From assembly GCF_009834535.1 (NCBI RefSeq), contig NC_045700.1, positions 80,662,001 through 80,726,000 of the forward strand: DNA of 64,000 nucleotides. Reading direction: 5' to 3'. Position numbers and translations under genes: made by a program. Origin of the DNA: Camelus ferus. Its lineage: Eukaryota. The notes beneath the pieces were generated by a model. That model searched no databases and was not told the origin of the DNA. It worked only from the letters and a program-made list of their open reading frames with translations. This document shows, in pieces, positions 1 to 11,440 of this stretch (position 1 is its first letter; each line of letters opens with the position of its first letter).

Positions 1-547
1 TTAAGAATAGGAAAAGCTTTACTTAACCTCATTTGGAAGAAGTTGAGGCATAGCTGAATCTCTAAAATCATCTTGGACCATGGGAAAGAAAAGAGGCTCT
101 GTATTCAAACTAGATTTAGACTTAGTAGCTTTGCGATTTAGTGGCTTTGTCACTTGGGACCTTAACCTGGCAAATTATTGATTTTCAGTGGTACCTGGCA
201 CACAGTAGGTATTTAGTAACTGAGAAAGTCTCTGGTTTTTAAGAATCTGGTAATTTTATCTACCCTTTTATATAAAATGAGAATAACAATGGTACCTACC
301 TCATAGGTTTGTTGTGAAAATAAGATGTGTGTTATGGCTTTAGGAAAAATTCTGGCACATAGTAAGTGTTCAATATGGTAATATTTATTAATTTTTTTTG
401 TACTATTCATATCTCATTGAGTAAGGTATATATAATGCCAGGATCTTTGCTTAGTTTTCTGCTTCATGTTGTTTCTGGGAGATGAGTAGTCAGCTGGAAG
501 GCAAATCTGAGCAATGTTTTAGACTCCTTAATTTTGTTTTACACCAG

Positions 548-2650
548 GTTGCCACATTCATCCTTCAGAAGATCCTCTTAGATGACACTGGTTTGGCTTA
601 TATATGTCAGACGTATGAGCGTTTCTCTCATGTTGCCATGATCTTGGTGAGTTCTTTAATCTACCCCCTTTGTAACTACTTCTGATCACACAACCCCTTT
701 GCAGTCGACACTGAGCGGCTTCAGTCTTCCAACTAGAAGTAACAACCATGGAACTTTGTATAATGATTTTTGCAATATCTGATCTCTGATGTCAACTAGA
801 ATTATTTTGTGTTTGGTGTCTTTTTCCCCACCCCACCCTCTTTGGGGGGAAACAGGGTAAGATGGTCCTGCAGCTATCCAAAGAGCCTTCCGCCCGTCTG
901 CTGAAGCACGTAGTAAGATGTTACCTTCGACTCTCAGATAATCCCAGGTAAACATTTACAGAATTTATAGGACTTTGGGGAAATACTCTGGTGAGTGGTT
1001 GCCCCCTCTCATGGCATAGCTCTTATATCTTTAGGACAGGGAAGGGATAAAACTATATTTAGTTTGTCTGAGACCTTGATTAATTCCTTGTAAAATCTGA
1101 AGTGCTGAATTTAAAATTCTGTCAGAGTTTTATCTTTCCACTGGGACTCTGTACCCTACTGTAAAATTCCAGAGAGTTCAGGCAGTTCCCAGGGAATCTT
1201 ATGATACATTACTCCTGTGGTTTGAGCTTTCTGTTGCTACTTCAGGTGATCAGAAAAAAAAATATATCTTCAAAGATCTCTTTAAAAAGGAACAGGCCCA
1301 GAGCACTCTTAAATTATTTTTTCAGTTCTCTTCTTGATTCCTGTAAAGTCCTTGAGCTAATTATTTTATCTCCCTGTGTTCATAATCTTCCTACCAGAAA
1401 TTACACATTGTAGATACGGCGCAGTTTAGAAATTTTTGACCTTTTGCTTTGTAAATCCATAATTCATGCTGAAAGCCACTTACTCATTCTGCTAAACCAC
1501 ATAATGGGTTGATTTCTGTGTTCCTAGGAATAAGGGTAACTTGGTTTAATGTGAACTCCGCCTTCTGCCACTGACGTTATTTAAGCGCTCACTGTTTCTT
1601 TGACCATTTTGTCCTGTTCTTTGGTGTTTTCTGTTTCACCAAAGTTTGAAACTATGTTTAAAACTCAACTTGTGCTAGTCTGAGTACAAAAAAACTAGTC
1701 TGAGTACAAAAGCCATAGCTTTTTTTAAAAACCGCCTTATAAATGGCCTTTTTGAAGTTTTCAGATTTGGCTTTTACTGGTTCTCTTTTAAAGAAAATAT
1801 TTCAAAGTTCACCTGATAATATTGCTACCATAGTTTTGTTTTTACTGCTTATCTCTTATTAAGGGTTTTTCATTTGTTTGTTTTGGTTTGATTTGGTTTG
1901 GTTTGGTTTTTTCCTTAACAGAGGCTCTGGGGATTGAACCCAGGACCTTGTGTATACCAAGCACACATTCTACCACTGTGCTGTACCCTCCTCACCACCA
2001 CCCCCCCTTTTTTATTGACTTGTTTTTTAAGTAGAGGTACTGGGGATTGAACCCAGGACCTTGTGCATGCTAGGCAGGTACTCTACCACTGAGCTATCCC
2101 CTCCCCTCCACCCCCCTTTTTTATTAAGGATTTTAACTATTAAACTGAAGCCATTTTTGGAAAGACACAAATTTTATCAGTTTAGAATTAAAGTTCATTA
2201 ATTTATTGTACTGTGAGTCAGGTCATATCCCCTGTTAATGTACTGATTTTGGAAATTTCCTTTATTATCACCCATATATTTCTAACATGAGTATTTTGAC
2301 AATATTTACTGTTATAAATCAGCAGTTTGAACTGAAGTAAACTGTTGCACCATTTTATTCCATTTGCTTTGTCACGAAATTCTACATTGGGGCATCATTC
2401 TGAAAATGTTTGCAGACAACAGATCTTGGAGATCTCTGAACCTGTGCTTAATACAAGCTTTAAGGAATTTTTATGGCTTCTTAAAGTATCTTGGCAGGGC
2501 CATAGATTCCCAGGGGTCTATATATTTATGTCTAAGAAAGAGACTCTTCCCTGCCCCCCAAATGTGGGTTTATTTGTTGGTCTCCCTGGTTGGTGTGTTT
2601 GTTTCTGATGTAGGGCACGTGAAGCACTCAGGCAGTGCCTCCCTGACCAG
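548..2650 (+). CDS. CNOT9: CCR4-NOT subunit 9 (RQCD1/CAF40), 3' part. Coding exons 548-646, 856-947 and 2614-(2650); the last exon runs into an N gap and its stop is expected near 2782
   Basis: Exons translate to [33 protein letters not shown] / [30 protein letters not shown](R) / [12 protein letters not shown], the Rcd1 armadillo-like C-terminal region. All have AG/GT boundaries and compatible phases. Confidence 0.96.
1865..2120 (-). mobile_element. Tandem pair (dimer) of tRNA-Ala-derived SINE units, heads at about 2034-2106 and 1921-1993, with an (AAACC)n/A-rich tail
   Basis: Minus strand reads GGGGATAGCTCAGTGGTAGAG...AGGTCCTGGGTTCAATCCCCAGTACCTC (A box, B box) twice. TTATTAAGG direct repeats flank the pair at 1856-1864 and 2121-2129. 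Confidence 0.85.
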
Positions 2651-2798
2651 NNNNNNNNNNNNNNNNNNNNNNNNNNNNNNNNNNNNNNNNNNNNNNNNNN
2701 NNNNNNNNNNNNNNNNNNNNNNNNNNNNNNNNNNNNNNNNNNNNNNNNNNNNNNNNNNNNNNNNNNNNNNNNNNNNNNNNNNNNNNNNNNNNNNNNNN
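2651..2798. other. Assembly gap (148 N)
   Basis: Run of N. Confidence 1.
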
Positions 2799-4930
2799 CC
2801 CACTAATCCCCCAAGCTGGGGAAGGGAGGGGGATCCTGCAAGGAAAACAGCTCAGGTTTTATCGCCAACCGGGAATAGACAACCTCAATGCTGAACTGCA
2901 CTGGAGAAAAGGGGCAAGGTACCCCAGCTGAGGTGTGTAAGCTGCCATCTCAGGCTGCCTTGAGGACCTGGGCTCCCTCTGCTACTCCCAGGAAATGGCT
3001 CCTGACACAGCGGTCTGCCACCACAGCCCAGGAGGATGTCAACACCAGCAAATGCTGTATTTGCAGCATGCCTAAGATGACCCTTCCCCCTCACCTCTCC
3101 CCAGCCGCTGGCAGGAGGGAAGACTGGTGACAGCAGCAGCACTCTAGGCATGGTGAATGCCTGGGACCAAGCCATGTGGCGTTTTCCTATTTTGCCTTCC
3201 TGGAAGACTCAAGATGNNNNNNNNNNNNNNNNNNNNNNNNNNNNNNNNNNNNNNNNNNNNNNNNNNNNNNNNNNNNNNNNNNNNNNNNNNNNNNNNNNNN
3301 NNNNNNNNNNNNNNNNNNNNNNNNNNNNNNNNNNNNNNNNNNNNNNNNNNNNNNNNNNNNNNNNNNNNNNNNNNNNNNNNNNNNNNNNNNNNNNNNNNNN
3401 NNNNNNNNNNNNNNNNNNNGCTGTTGGGAGGAATGGGAGGCAGGGGAAGGATATAAAGCCAAAGGACAGCAGGAAGCCACCACCAATTTCCCTGCCTTTC
3501 CCATTCTACCCCCAGTTCTGGATGCCACAAGGACCTTAACCTTGTTTCTGGCTTTAGCTGCTAGCTTTTCCAAATCTCAGTGCCTTTCTGTTCTTCACTT
3601 CCCGCCCATTAAACTTACAGTAGAGGTCTTAATTCATCAGGCTGTCCTGGAAGGGTATTGTATTGGAGGAGAAATGACAGTGGACCTCATCTTTAAGTCC
3701 TCAAGGATATTTTCTGGGTGACTTTTAAAAGGGAGGTGCCTGAGATTAAAATGACAGGCTACTTGATCCCATTCTTTGCTTTAGTGTAAATTTCTGCAGC
3801 TCCATCTGTCTTCATGATTGTACTTGAAGCAGTATTAGATGAATGGGTTAATTTTATTCAGATTTAAGATAGAAGGCTGGACTCTGCTCATTCACTCAGT
3901 CTTTTTCCCTTTTTTTTTTTTTTTTTTTTTTTTTTGGATGCATTCCCTTTTGGTCTATGGGAATTACAGGGTTGCCACTAAACTATTTTCCACTTTTTCA
4001 TATTGTGTCAGAGAATCCCCCTTCCTTCTCTGGAGCTTTAGATGACTCTATCACAATTCAGAGGCTTCAATCTGTAACTCAGTGTAAACTGCCTTGCTTT
4101 CCCCTAATTCTTCCCTCTGCCATCATCTGTTCTCTCTCTCTAAACCCCATCTCCAACCAAAGATGGGATTATTAGCCCAAGTAGAGAGGAACCAAGTATT
4201 TCTGTCCATATCTCATGTATACAATTGAAAGTGTCTCTGAACATGTTTGGGGTCTATAAGGGGCAGTCTCAGAGAAACTTGCAGAGTCAGTTTTGCCAAC
4301 CCAAGGGCTCTTTCAAGCCGACTTTCACAAAGGGAGCCGGCCTTGTTGGTTGGCTTCTGTCTCTTTAGAGCCAAAAAAGTAGTAATTAAGTAGCCTAGAT
4401 GTAGGAAAGGTAGAATAAGCACTTACTCCCCTGCTTTCCAAAATGAAGAGGAAAACCAGACCAGCTCTCAGTAATCTCAAGCCTGAAGAGAAGAGGTCTT
4501 GGAGAAAGCAGAGAACAGCATGGACTGGATAAACGTCTTGACTCTCTTCAACCCATAGTTTATGATCTGGAGAGTCCAGCTACGGTAACCCTGATTTTTG
4601 CCAACCACCTTCCTGCTGAGCCAAAGTTTTCTCATTCCCCCTCCACTGGGAAAGCAGCTGAGGCCCAGGGCTTTGCTCCCTGAGAAATTCTCTTCTCCAT
4701 CTTTTGGTGTATTGGCCATGTTCCTGTGCCAATAGTGTCTTAATTCTTGTTCCATCTATTCTCAGCTGGCCTTGGACCCCACATAGGAGTTGGCGGGAGG
4801 AGTGGAAATGGGTATTGTTCCTTGTAGTTGGTCCTAATGTTGTGTGTGTATAAAGAGACCCCTTCCCCTCATTTTGTGTTTTCCATCCCTCTCCCTCGAC
4901 AGGATTAAAATAAAACATGCTTCTGTTTTT
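2799..4930 (+). other. CNOT9: CNOT9 3' UTR with overlapping ATTAAA/AATAAA polyadenylation signal at 4904-4914
   Basis: Follows the last exon. Sequence AGGATTAAAATAAAACATGC is followed by a U-rich tract, and the region resembles the human RQCD1 3' UTR as recalled. Confidence 0.75.
3217..3419. other. Assembly gap (203 N)
   Basis: Run of N. Confidence 1.
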
Positions 4931-5659
4931 ATAGCAATAATTTTTCCTTTAAACTGGAGATTTTATTTTGTTTAAGTATAGAGATACCTAGGCACTTTGG
5001 TCAGATGATCCTTGGCAACCCTGGCTCTCTACCTCTGTCCACCTACACTCACACACTGCCCTAGCAAGAGGGCAGTGATGGGTCCCTTTGTGGATAGGTC
5101 CTTTGAGAGAGTCTTACTGATGTGTAAAAGCTGTTTGGGAGGCTGGGATGGTGCCTTTTTTTGGATACAGTATCTCTTGTTGGGACAGAACCTTACTCCT
5201 TGCTTTAGTGGCAAGAATTTAGTACTGGTGTGGGAGAGACTTACATAAATGAAGATGTAATGCTTGAAACATCTTACCACAGACTTTAATATTCATTTCC
5301 TTTTGGGGTTCAAGACTTAAAGCACATCTCCAGAGTTGTTTCCATCCCTCTTCCTGGCTCTCAATGGGACAGAGCCAACCTGTGCTTCCAGCTTCTTTTT
5401 TTCCAAGGCTTCAGGGAGCCTTTGACTGTTTCAGTGGTGGAACAGGGCAAGGAGAGACATCCTTACTGTCTATAAAATGATTCTCTTGCTCACTATTGCT
5501 CAAAGGCTGGGAAAGTGTAGGGGATAGGGGGAGGGAGATATACAAAGTTACTGCTACCCGAAGCCCAAGGAAAACATTTGAAATAGGAAACCATAGAATG
5601 AAATGAGATTTTTCTTTCCTAAATGTTACAGAATTTAATTTAAAAAATATTTAATGCAT

Positions 5660-7740
5660 TTATTTCAAAAGCAGATATAACAGGTAAATTGAACAACACA
5701 ATTGACAAACTTAGCTTAATTTATATACATACAACACTGTAACTCTAAACCAACAGTATACATATTTTTAGTTGCACCAAAAGCTTTTACCAAAATTGAT
5801 CATAGCTGGACTCAAGAAATTTATAATAATAATAATATAATAATAATAAAATGTTCTCTGAACCCAATGGGATTAAGCTAGGAAAAAGGAAACGGGAAAG
5901 TCCTTAAGTTTATAAAACAGGCAGTACAGTTTATAAAGTCACTGGTCACAGAAGAAATCACAAAGGAAAATTAGAAAAAATATTTAATTGAGTGGTAATG
6001 AAGACATGCCATATCAAAACCCATGGTATACAGGTAAAGCACTGCTTAAAAAGACTATATAACCTTAAATTCACATTACAAAAGAAAGGCTGAAGTGAGT
6101 GATCTATGTTTTTGTGTCAAACTGGGAAAGAATAGCAAGTTCAAAAAGTAAAAGGAAGAATGCAGGAAAAAAGGCAGGGAAGTAGAAAACAAATGTACAA
6201 TAAAAATCAACGAAGGCAAAAGTCATTCCCTCAAAAACATCAGTAAAATTGATATACCCATAGCAGACTGATCAGGAAAAAAAAAAATCAACATTAGAAA
6301 TGAAAAAAAGGGATGTCACTCGTCTTATAGTCACCAATCTGATAAACTTCTAGAGACTTAAAAAAAAGGAACAGATCTCAATTTACTTTTGAAGCAGTAT
6401 AATTCAGCCACCAAAACCTTTTAAGGATATCAAAAAAGGAGAACCAGGGGCTAACCTCTCCCATAAATGTAAATGTAAAATTCTAAGACAAGTCAAAGCT
6501 AGCAATTATAAAAATAACCAGATGTATTTTGGGTTTACTGCAAAAATACAAGACTGATTCAGCATTTGAAAACGAATGTGATTCACCAATGTATAAGAAA
6601 AATCACAATCATCTAGGTAGATATGGGAAAGAATACTAAAATTTAATACCTGTTCATGATATAAAGAGAAAACTTTGAAAACAAGGAATAGAAGGGTATG
6701 TCCTTAATCTAATAAAAACCCTGTGGTAAACCTCTCAATGATAAAATATTGAAATCACTCTCCATGAGATTAGGAATGAGAGAAGGATGGCCACTATCCC
6801 TCCATTTATCATCATACTGATCCTAGCCAGTGTGATAAACCAAGAAAATATGATTATAAAGGAAAAAAAGAACAAAAAAGTGTGCTGACAACAGGATTGT
6901 GTATGCAGATTTTCCAAAAGGATGTACAAACTCTTAAGAATTAAGTGAATTTAGCAAGGTCACAGAATACAGTCAATTACAAAAAAAAATCAATTATGTT
7001 TTTCTAAATACAACAGTAAATAGTGAAATTTCAAAAATATGTTGTCTAAAAAAGCATAATCAAATAGCTCGAAATAGATACATCAAAAGATATGCAGAAA
7101 CTTAAGGTTGAAAATGAAACATTCTTGAAATTTAAGCACCAACATAGGTGTGTGATCAAATCATGAATAGTCAATTCACCTAATATTTTTCTTTGGTGTA
7201 AGTTATCTTCTATCTTGGAAGCAAAGTGAAAAATTGCTTATGTTCTCAGCTACTTGGAAATCACACTGAAAATTTTGCAATAACTTAGTTTTATTTCTTT
7301 TAAATTTTATATAAGATAACATGAGTTGAGAAACATTTTTAAGCCTGATGAAATTTCACGGATGACTTTATGATCTGGCAGTAACATAAATGAGTACATT
7401 TTGAAAATAAAGAAAAAACTGTAATATCTTAATTGTTTAAAAAAAAAAAAGACCGACATAGGTGATATATACATCCTCTCCATGAATTGGAAAATAATAC
7501 CATGAGGGTGCTAATTCTCTCAAATTGATCTGCTGGTGAAATTCAATTCTAAGTAAAATTCCAGCAAGATTATTATTGTGAAAATAGACAAACTGATTCT
7601 GAAATTTGCATGAAAATGGACAGTGCCAAAATAGGCAAGGCAATCTTGAATAAGAATGAAATTGGAGTCCTTCCACATCCAGATATCCTCCTGTAACTTT
7701 AAACATTTTAGTACCACATTTTGGAGACATGACTCTTAGA
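5660..7740 (+). mobile_element. Old degenerate LINE-1 ORF2 fragments (about 5660-7140 and 7440-7740)
   Basis: A-rich strand bias and L1 ORF2-like segments (e.g. GAGATTAGGAATGAGAGAAGGATGGCCACTATC; AATAGACAAACTGATTCTGAAATTTGCATGAAAATG) with many stops and frameshifts. Boundaries approximate. Confidence 0.75.
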
Positions 7741-10494
7741 AGTAGCATATACTTCTTTTTTTTTTTTTTTTTTGGTAACATTTTCTGAAAGTATCGTCTC
7801 TTACTATGGAATATTACACCCTTCATATTTTTTATTCTAACTTCTATCATCTTGTTCTCTGTCTTATTTTATACCTCCATGTTCTTCTTCCCCTTGGTTT
7901 TTGTTTTTGTTTTTGTATTTGCTGGAAAGAGTGGCTATCTTTTGAAGTTATATATCCTGGCTTTTAATTCAACAGGTGATCTAATGATGATTTTTCGGAT
8001 GGGATTTAATATTTTGAGTTGCTTTTTTCACCACCAAGAAGGGGGGCTTTATTTCAGAAGTTTGAGTAGTTGCTTGGATAGTCTGTGGAACAGGTCTCTG
8101 AAGCCTCAACCTGACTTCTGAAAACAGGGAATTTTACAGCCTCTCCCCTGGGTGTCAGGGGGAGAGTCCAGGCTTGCCAGCGTGGCAGCAGAGTACAGGG
8201 CTTAGGTCTCCCTCTTTGCCAGCTGCCCCTTCATTTCAATTTAGGGCTTCTGGGCCTTTCCTGGGCATGGTTCCCAGAAAGTCCCTCTGTTGCTGCTGCC
8301 CTGATCAGGTTTCTGGCTCTGTTAATAATAGACAACAGTGGGGGAAGGGCCAGGATCATTATGGAAATAGGAACAACTAAACCAGATGTGCCAGATGGAC
8401 AGTTCCTGTGCACGGGGCCCTGTCTCTGTTCCCTTCCTAGATCTAAAAAGCATCCTACAGTGAGCATGTCTTCTAAGCCACTCTTTGGAGCCATACTAAC
8501 CTTGTGAAGGGCTCTAAGCACCTGTCCCCAAAATGAGAATACATGATCTGGGGAGCACTAGTGTGCTTATGAGAACACTGAAACAGAATGTTTGAGATCT
8601 GAACTGTACCAGAAAATTCAGGATGGGTGATAATACCCCTCAACACTGAGAAGGGAAAGAGGTTGGGCCACAATTAGGTGAGGCAAATAGTGACTCAGAG
8701 AGGCAAACCATACGTAATCCTAGAGTGTAGAAGAGGAGTGGGAAGGGGAAGGAGAAGCATGGAAAAATAAGGACATGACAATTTTGGAGAAGTGGAAATG
8801 GGAGAGTAAGTATGTGAGATATGGGTCTCTATCAAGTAAAATCCAAAATAAGCCCAGTTTAAATCTTGGTGCCTCCTAATCTTTCTGTTCCCCATGAGTG
8901 TTCTCCCTCCCTCTTCTGCCTCTATTCTCTGCATTCTCCTTTTCCTTTATCAAAACCTGCTCTCAGTAGAGTACAGTAAACTCAACTCAGGTATAAATTA
9001 TAAAAGCCCATAAGGCTTCAGCAATGACCAGTTACTAAAATGTGAAACCCTTTTATTGTAAAATATAACACAAATGTAGAAAACTACATAAAGAAAATGT
9101 ATAGCTTAATTAGTCATTATAAAGATCCTTGTTAGCACCCAGGAGCAGAAGCAGAACTTCGCCAGCTATTTCAGAAGCCAGCTAGGTGCTGCATCCCGTT
9201 ACAACTCCTCCTTTCTCCCCAAAGTAACCATTGTCCTGACATTTATGGTAATCACTTAGGAGGATTTTATTTTAATGGGACTAAAGGTTTGTCTATAAAT
9301 AATCATTAATGGTAGAATATTATGTAGTTGAGGGATGTTTGAGGGAGCCACCAGAGGCAGCCAGATCTCAGCACACTCAAAATCACACCATTTCATACAG
9401 TTAGTTCCCTCTGTACCTATGATTAAGACACACCTCACTTCTGATCCCACAGAAGTCCAAGTACAGGGCTGTGCCCTATGCCCTATGTCTTATGCCTTCA
9501 GCTTCATACTGTCATTCACTGATCCAGAAAGAGCCATACCCCACAGTCTTTCCAAGGCAGAGCAGAAGTAGATCTTAGCTCACAATGCCTAGAAGAGCGT
9601 AATGGACTGGCTGTCTCTGCTGCTGACATGTGAGTCCAGGACATTGCCTAAACTTCCCTAGCCTCAGTTTCACATTGTGAAAGAAGCAGTGGGGCCATAA
9701 TAAAGCCCTTTACAATCCCCTAATCCTCTCCTAACTTGGTCCCCTTTCCTCAGTCTTGGTTTCTGTTTCTGCTGCCTATTTATACATGAGCTTGTAGGAA
9801 GCTCATTACCTTCCTTTCCCAGTTGGGTGTCTTTCCAGCCTTTTGCTGTTCTTTTTGCCTTTGATCCACATACACCATGAGGCTGCTTTATTTCTATACA
9901 TACCTTTATAAATACACATGTATGTCCTTGCACATTGGAGATGCTGAGCATATGCTTGTAGAATGAATGAACACAGATGAAGAATAAATAAATTGCTTCA
10001 TACATTTATGTCTGCATTTCTTCAATAGTGAGTGCCTAATACATACATAGACACCAACCTGTCCCTCTACACTCTAATATCATTCCTCTCCTCCTTTTCA
10101 TCTTCTCCCTTTCCTTTCCCAGTACCACAGAGCTAGACAGTGCCCTGCAAGGCAGGATGCAAAGACACAGAAGCAGGGCAGTGGAAACACCGTGGAAAAG
10201 AGCCAGATGAAATAAGGGCAAAGACAGCTGTACAACAGAGGGAAATCAACCAGAATGAAAAGCAGTGATTCATGGAGCACTGCAACTCAGACACTCCTTG
10301 GGTTTCATTTGAGAGCTACTGCAGGATTGGGGTCAGTGAGGGTTGGCACCAAGATGAAGGGCAGACAGGCTCCTCCTCCCTGGAGATGTGGTGCCGGTCA
10401 ATCCCTCCCCTTAATCCTTTTCTACCCACCCCACCTCCACTCCTCCCTCACACTGACCAGTGTCCTGGGCCTTTAAGAGTTGGATGGGCTGAAC

Positions 10495-10698
10495 AGAGGA
10501 GAGAGCTCACACCTCTCCCCACCCTACTCCTTCCATCTGGCTGTAACTCTGCCAGTGACAGCAGCAAACTGCAGTAGAAGAGGGGAGGAAGCCAGCGAGT
10601 GCAAGAGGAGCAAAGGAGAAAAGGAGCCGGGCCGGGCTTCCTCGTCCCACAGTGGAGAGAGTCGCAGAGCTCAGACACAGGACTGCTATTCTGCCACG
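10495..10698 (+). other. PLCD4: PLCD4 non-coding exon 1 (5' boundary approximate)
   Basis: Strong donor CACG|GTAAGG at 10698/10699. Sequence resembles the human PLCD4 5' UTR as recalled. Confidence 0.7.
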
Positions 10699-11274
10699 GT
10701 AAGGGCCTGGAGGCTCTGACCAGCCTCTGCTCCAAGCTCTGGCCTGCCTGAGTCCCTAACTCTGCCCTCCACATGCTTAACCACCCTGACTAAATCACAC
10801 CCTGGACTCCTTTGCCTGAACAATCCTGCAGGGTTCTGACCTCTTGGCTCTCTCTAGCTTAATTTTGTTTGACTTAGAGTTTTCCTGCTGGCTGAATTAA
10901 TCACCTCTTTATATGGGAACCTCTTAGCAACTCAGGGCTGCCACTCAGAGGTGAGCCCCACCCTTATAAGGGAAGACAGAGAACTGGAGCAGCCATGCTT
11001 TAGCATAAATTCATTAACAGATTGTTGAGGATTATCAAATAAGGGTTGGCCAAGACCCTTGGGGAGTATAGAAACCCCTGGTAATAGGGAGAATTCTAAG
11101 ACTTCCTTGGAAAGAGCCAGGGTTTGAGTTCTATACCTTGTTCTTAGCCTGCCCAATGGTCCAGGGCAGTTTGTTGGGGTACCAGAGTGCTGTGCTGGGA
11201 AAAGCACTTGCTTCTAGTCCTGACTCTGACATCAACTAGCTATATGACTTTGAACCACAACTTAATGATCTGTA

Positions 11275-11440
11275 ATAGGTTTCCCAGACTTCCTTGTGTA
11301 TCAGAGGTGCTTGTTAAAAATAAATATTCCTGAGTCCCATCCTTGGAAAATCTGATCTGGTAGATTTGGAGTGGGGCTAAGGAATCTCTATTTTAAGACA
11401 CTTCTCAGGGGATATTGGTATAGCCAGGAACCACTGGATT
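11275..11440. mobile_element. MER5A-like hAT-Charlie DNA transposon relic
   Basis: Contains GGTGCTTGTTAAAAAT...CTGAGTCCCATCC...TCTGATCTGGTAGATTTGGAGTGGGGCTAAGGAATCTCTATTTT, typical of the MER5 family. Confidence 0.6.

Noticed and set aside
2364-3721. ORFs containing long X runs
   Set aside because: They are artefacts of translating through N gaps.
7437-7850. 137-aa minus-strand ORF
   Set aside because: It is the antisense of an L1 fragment plus a poly-T tract (poly-Lys).
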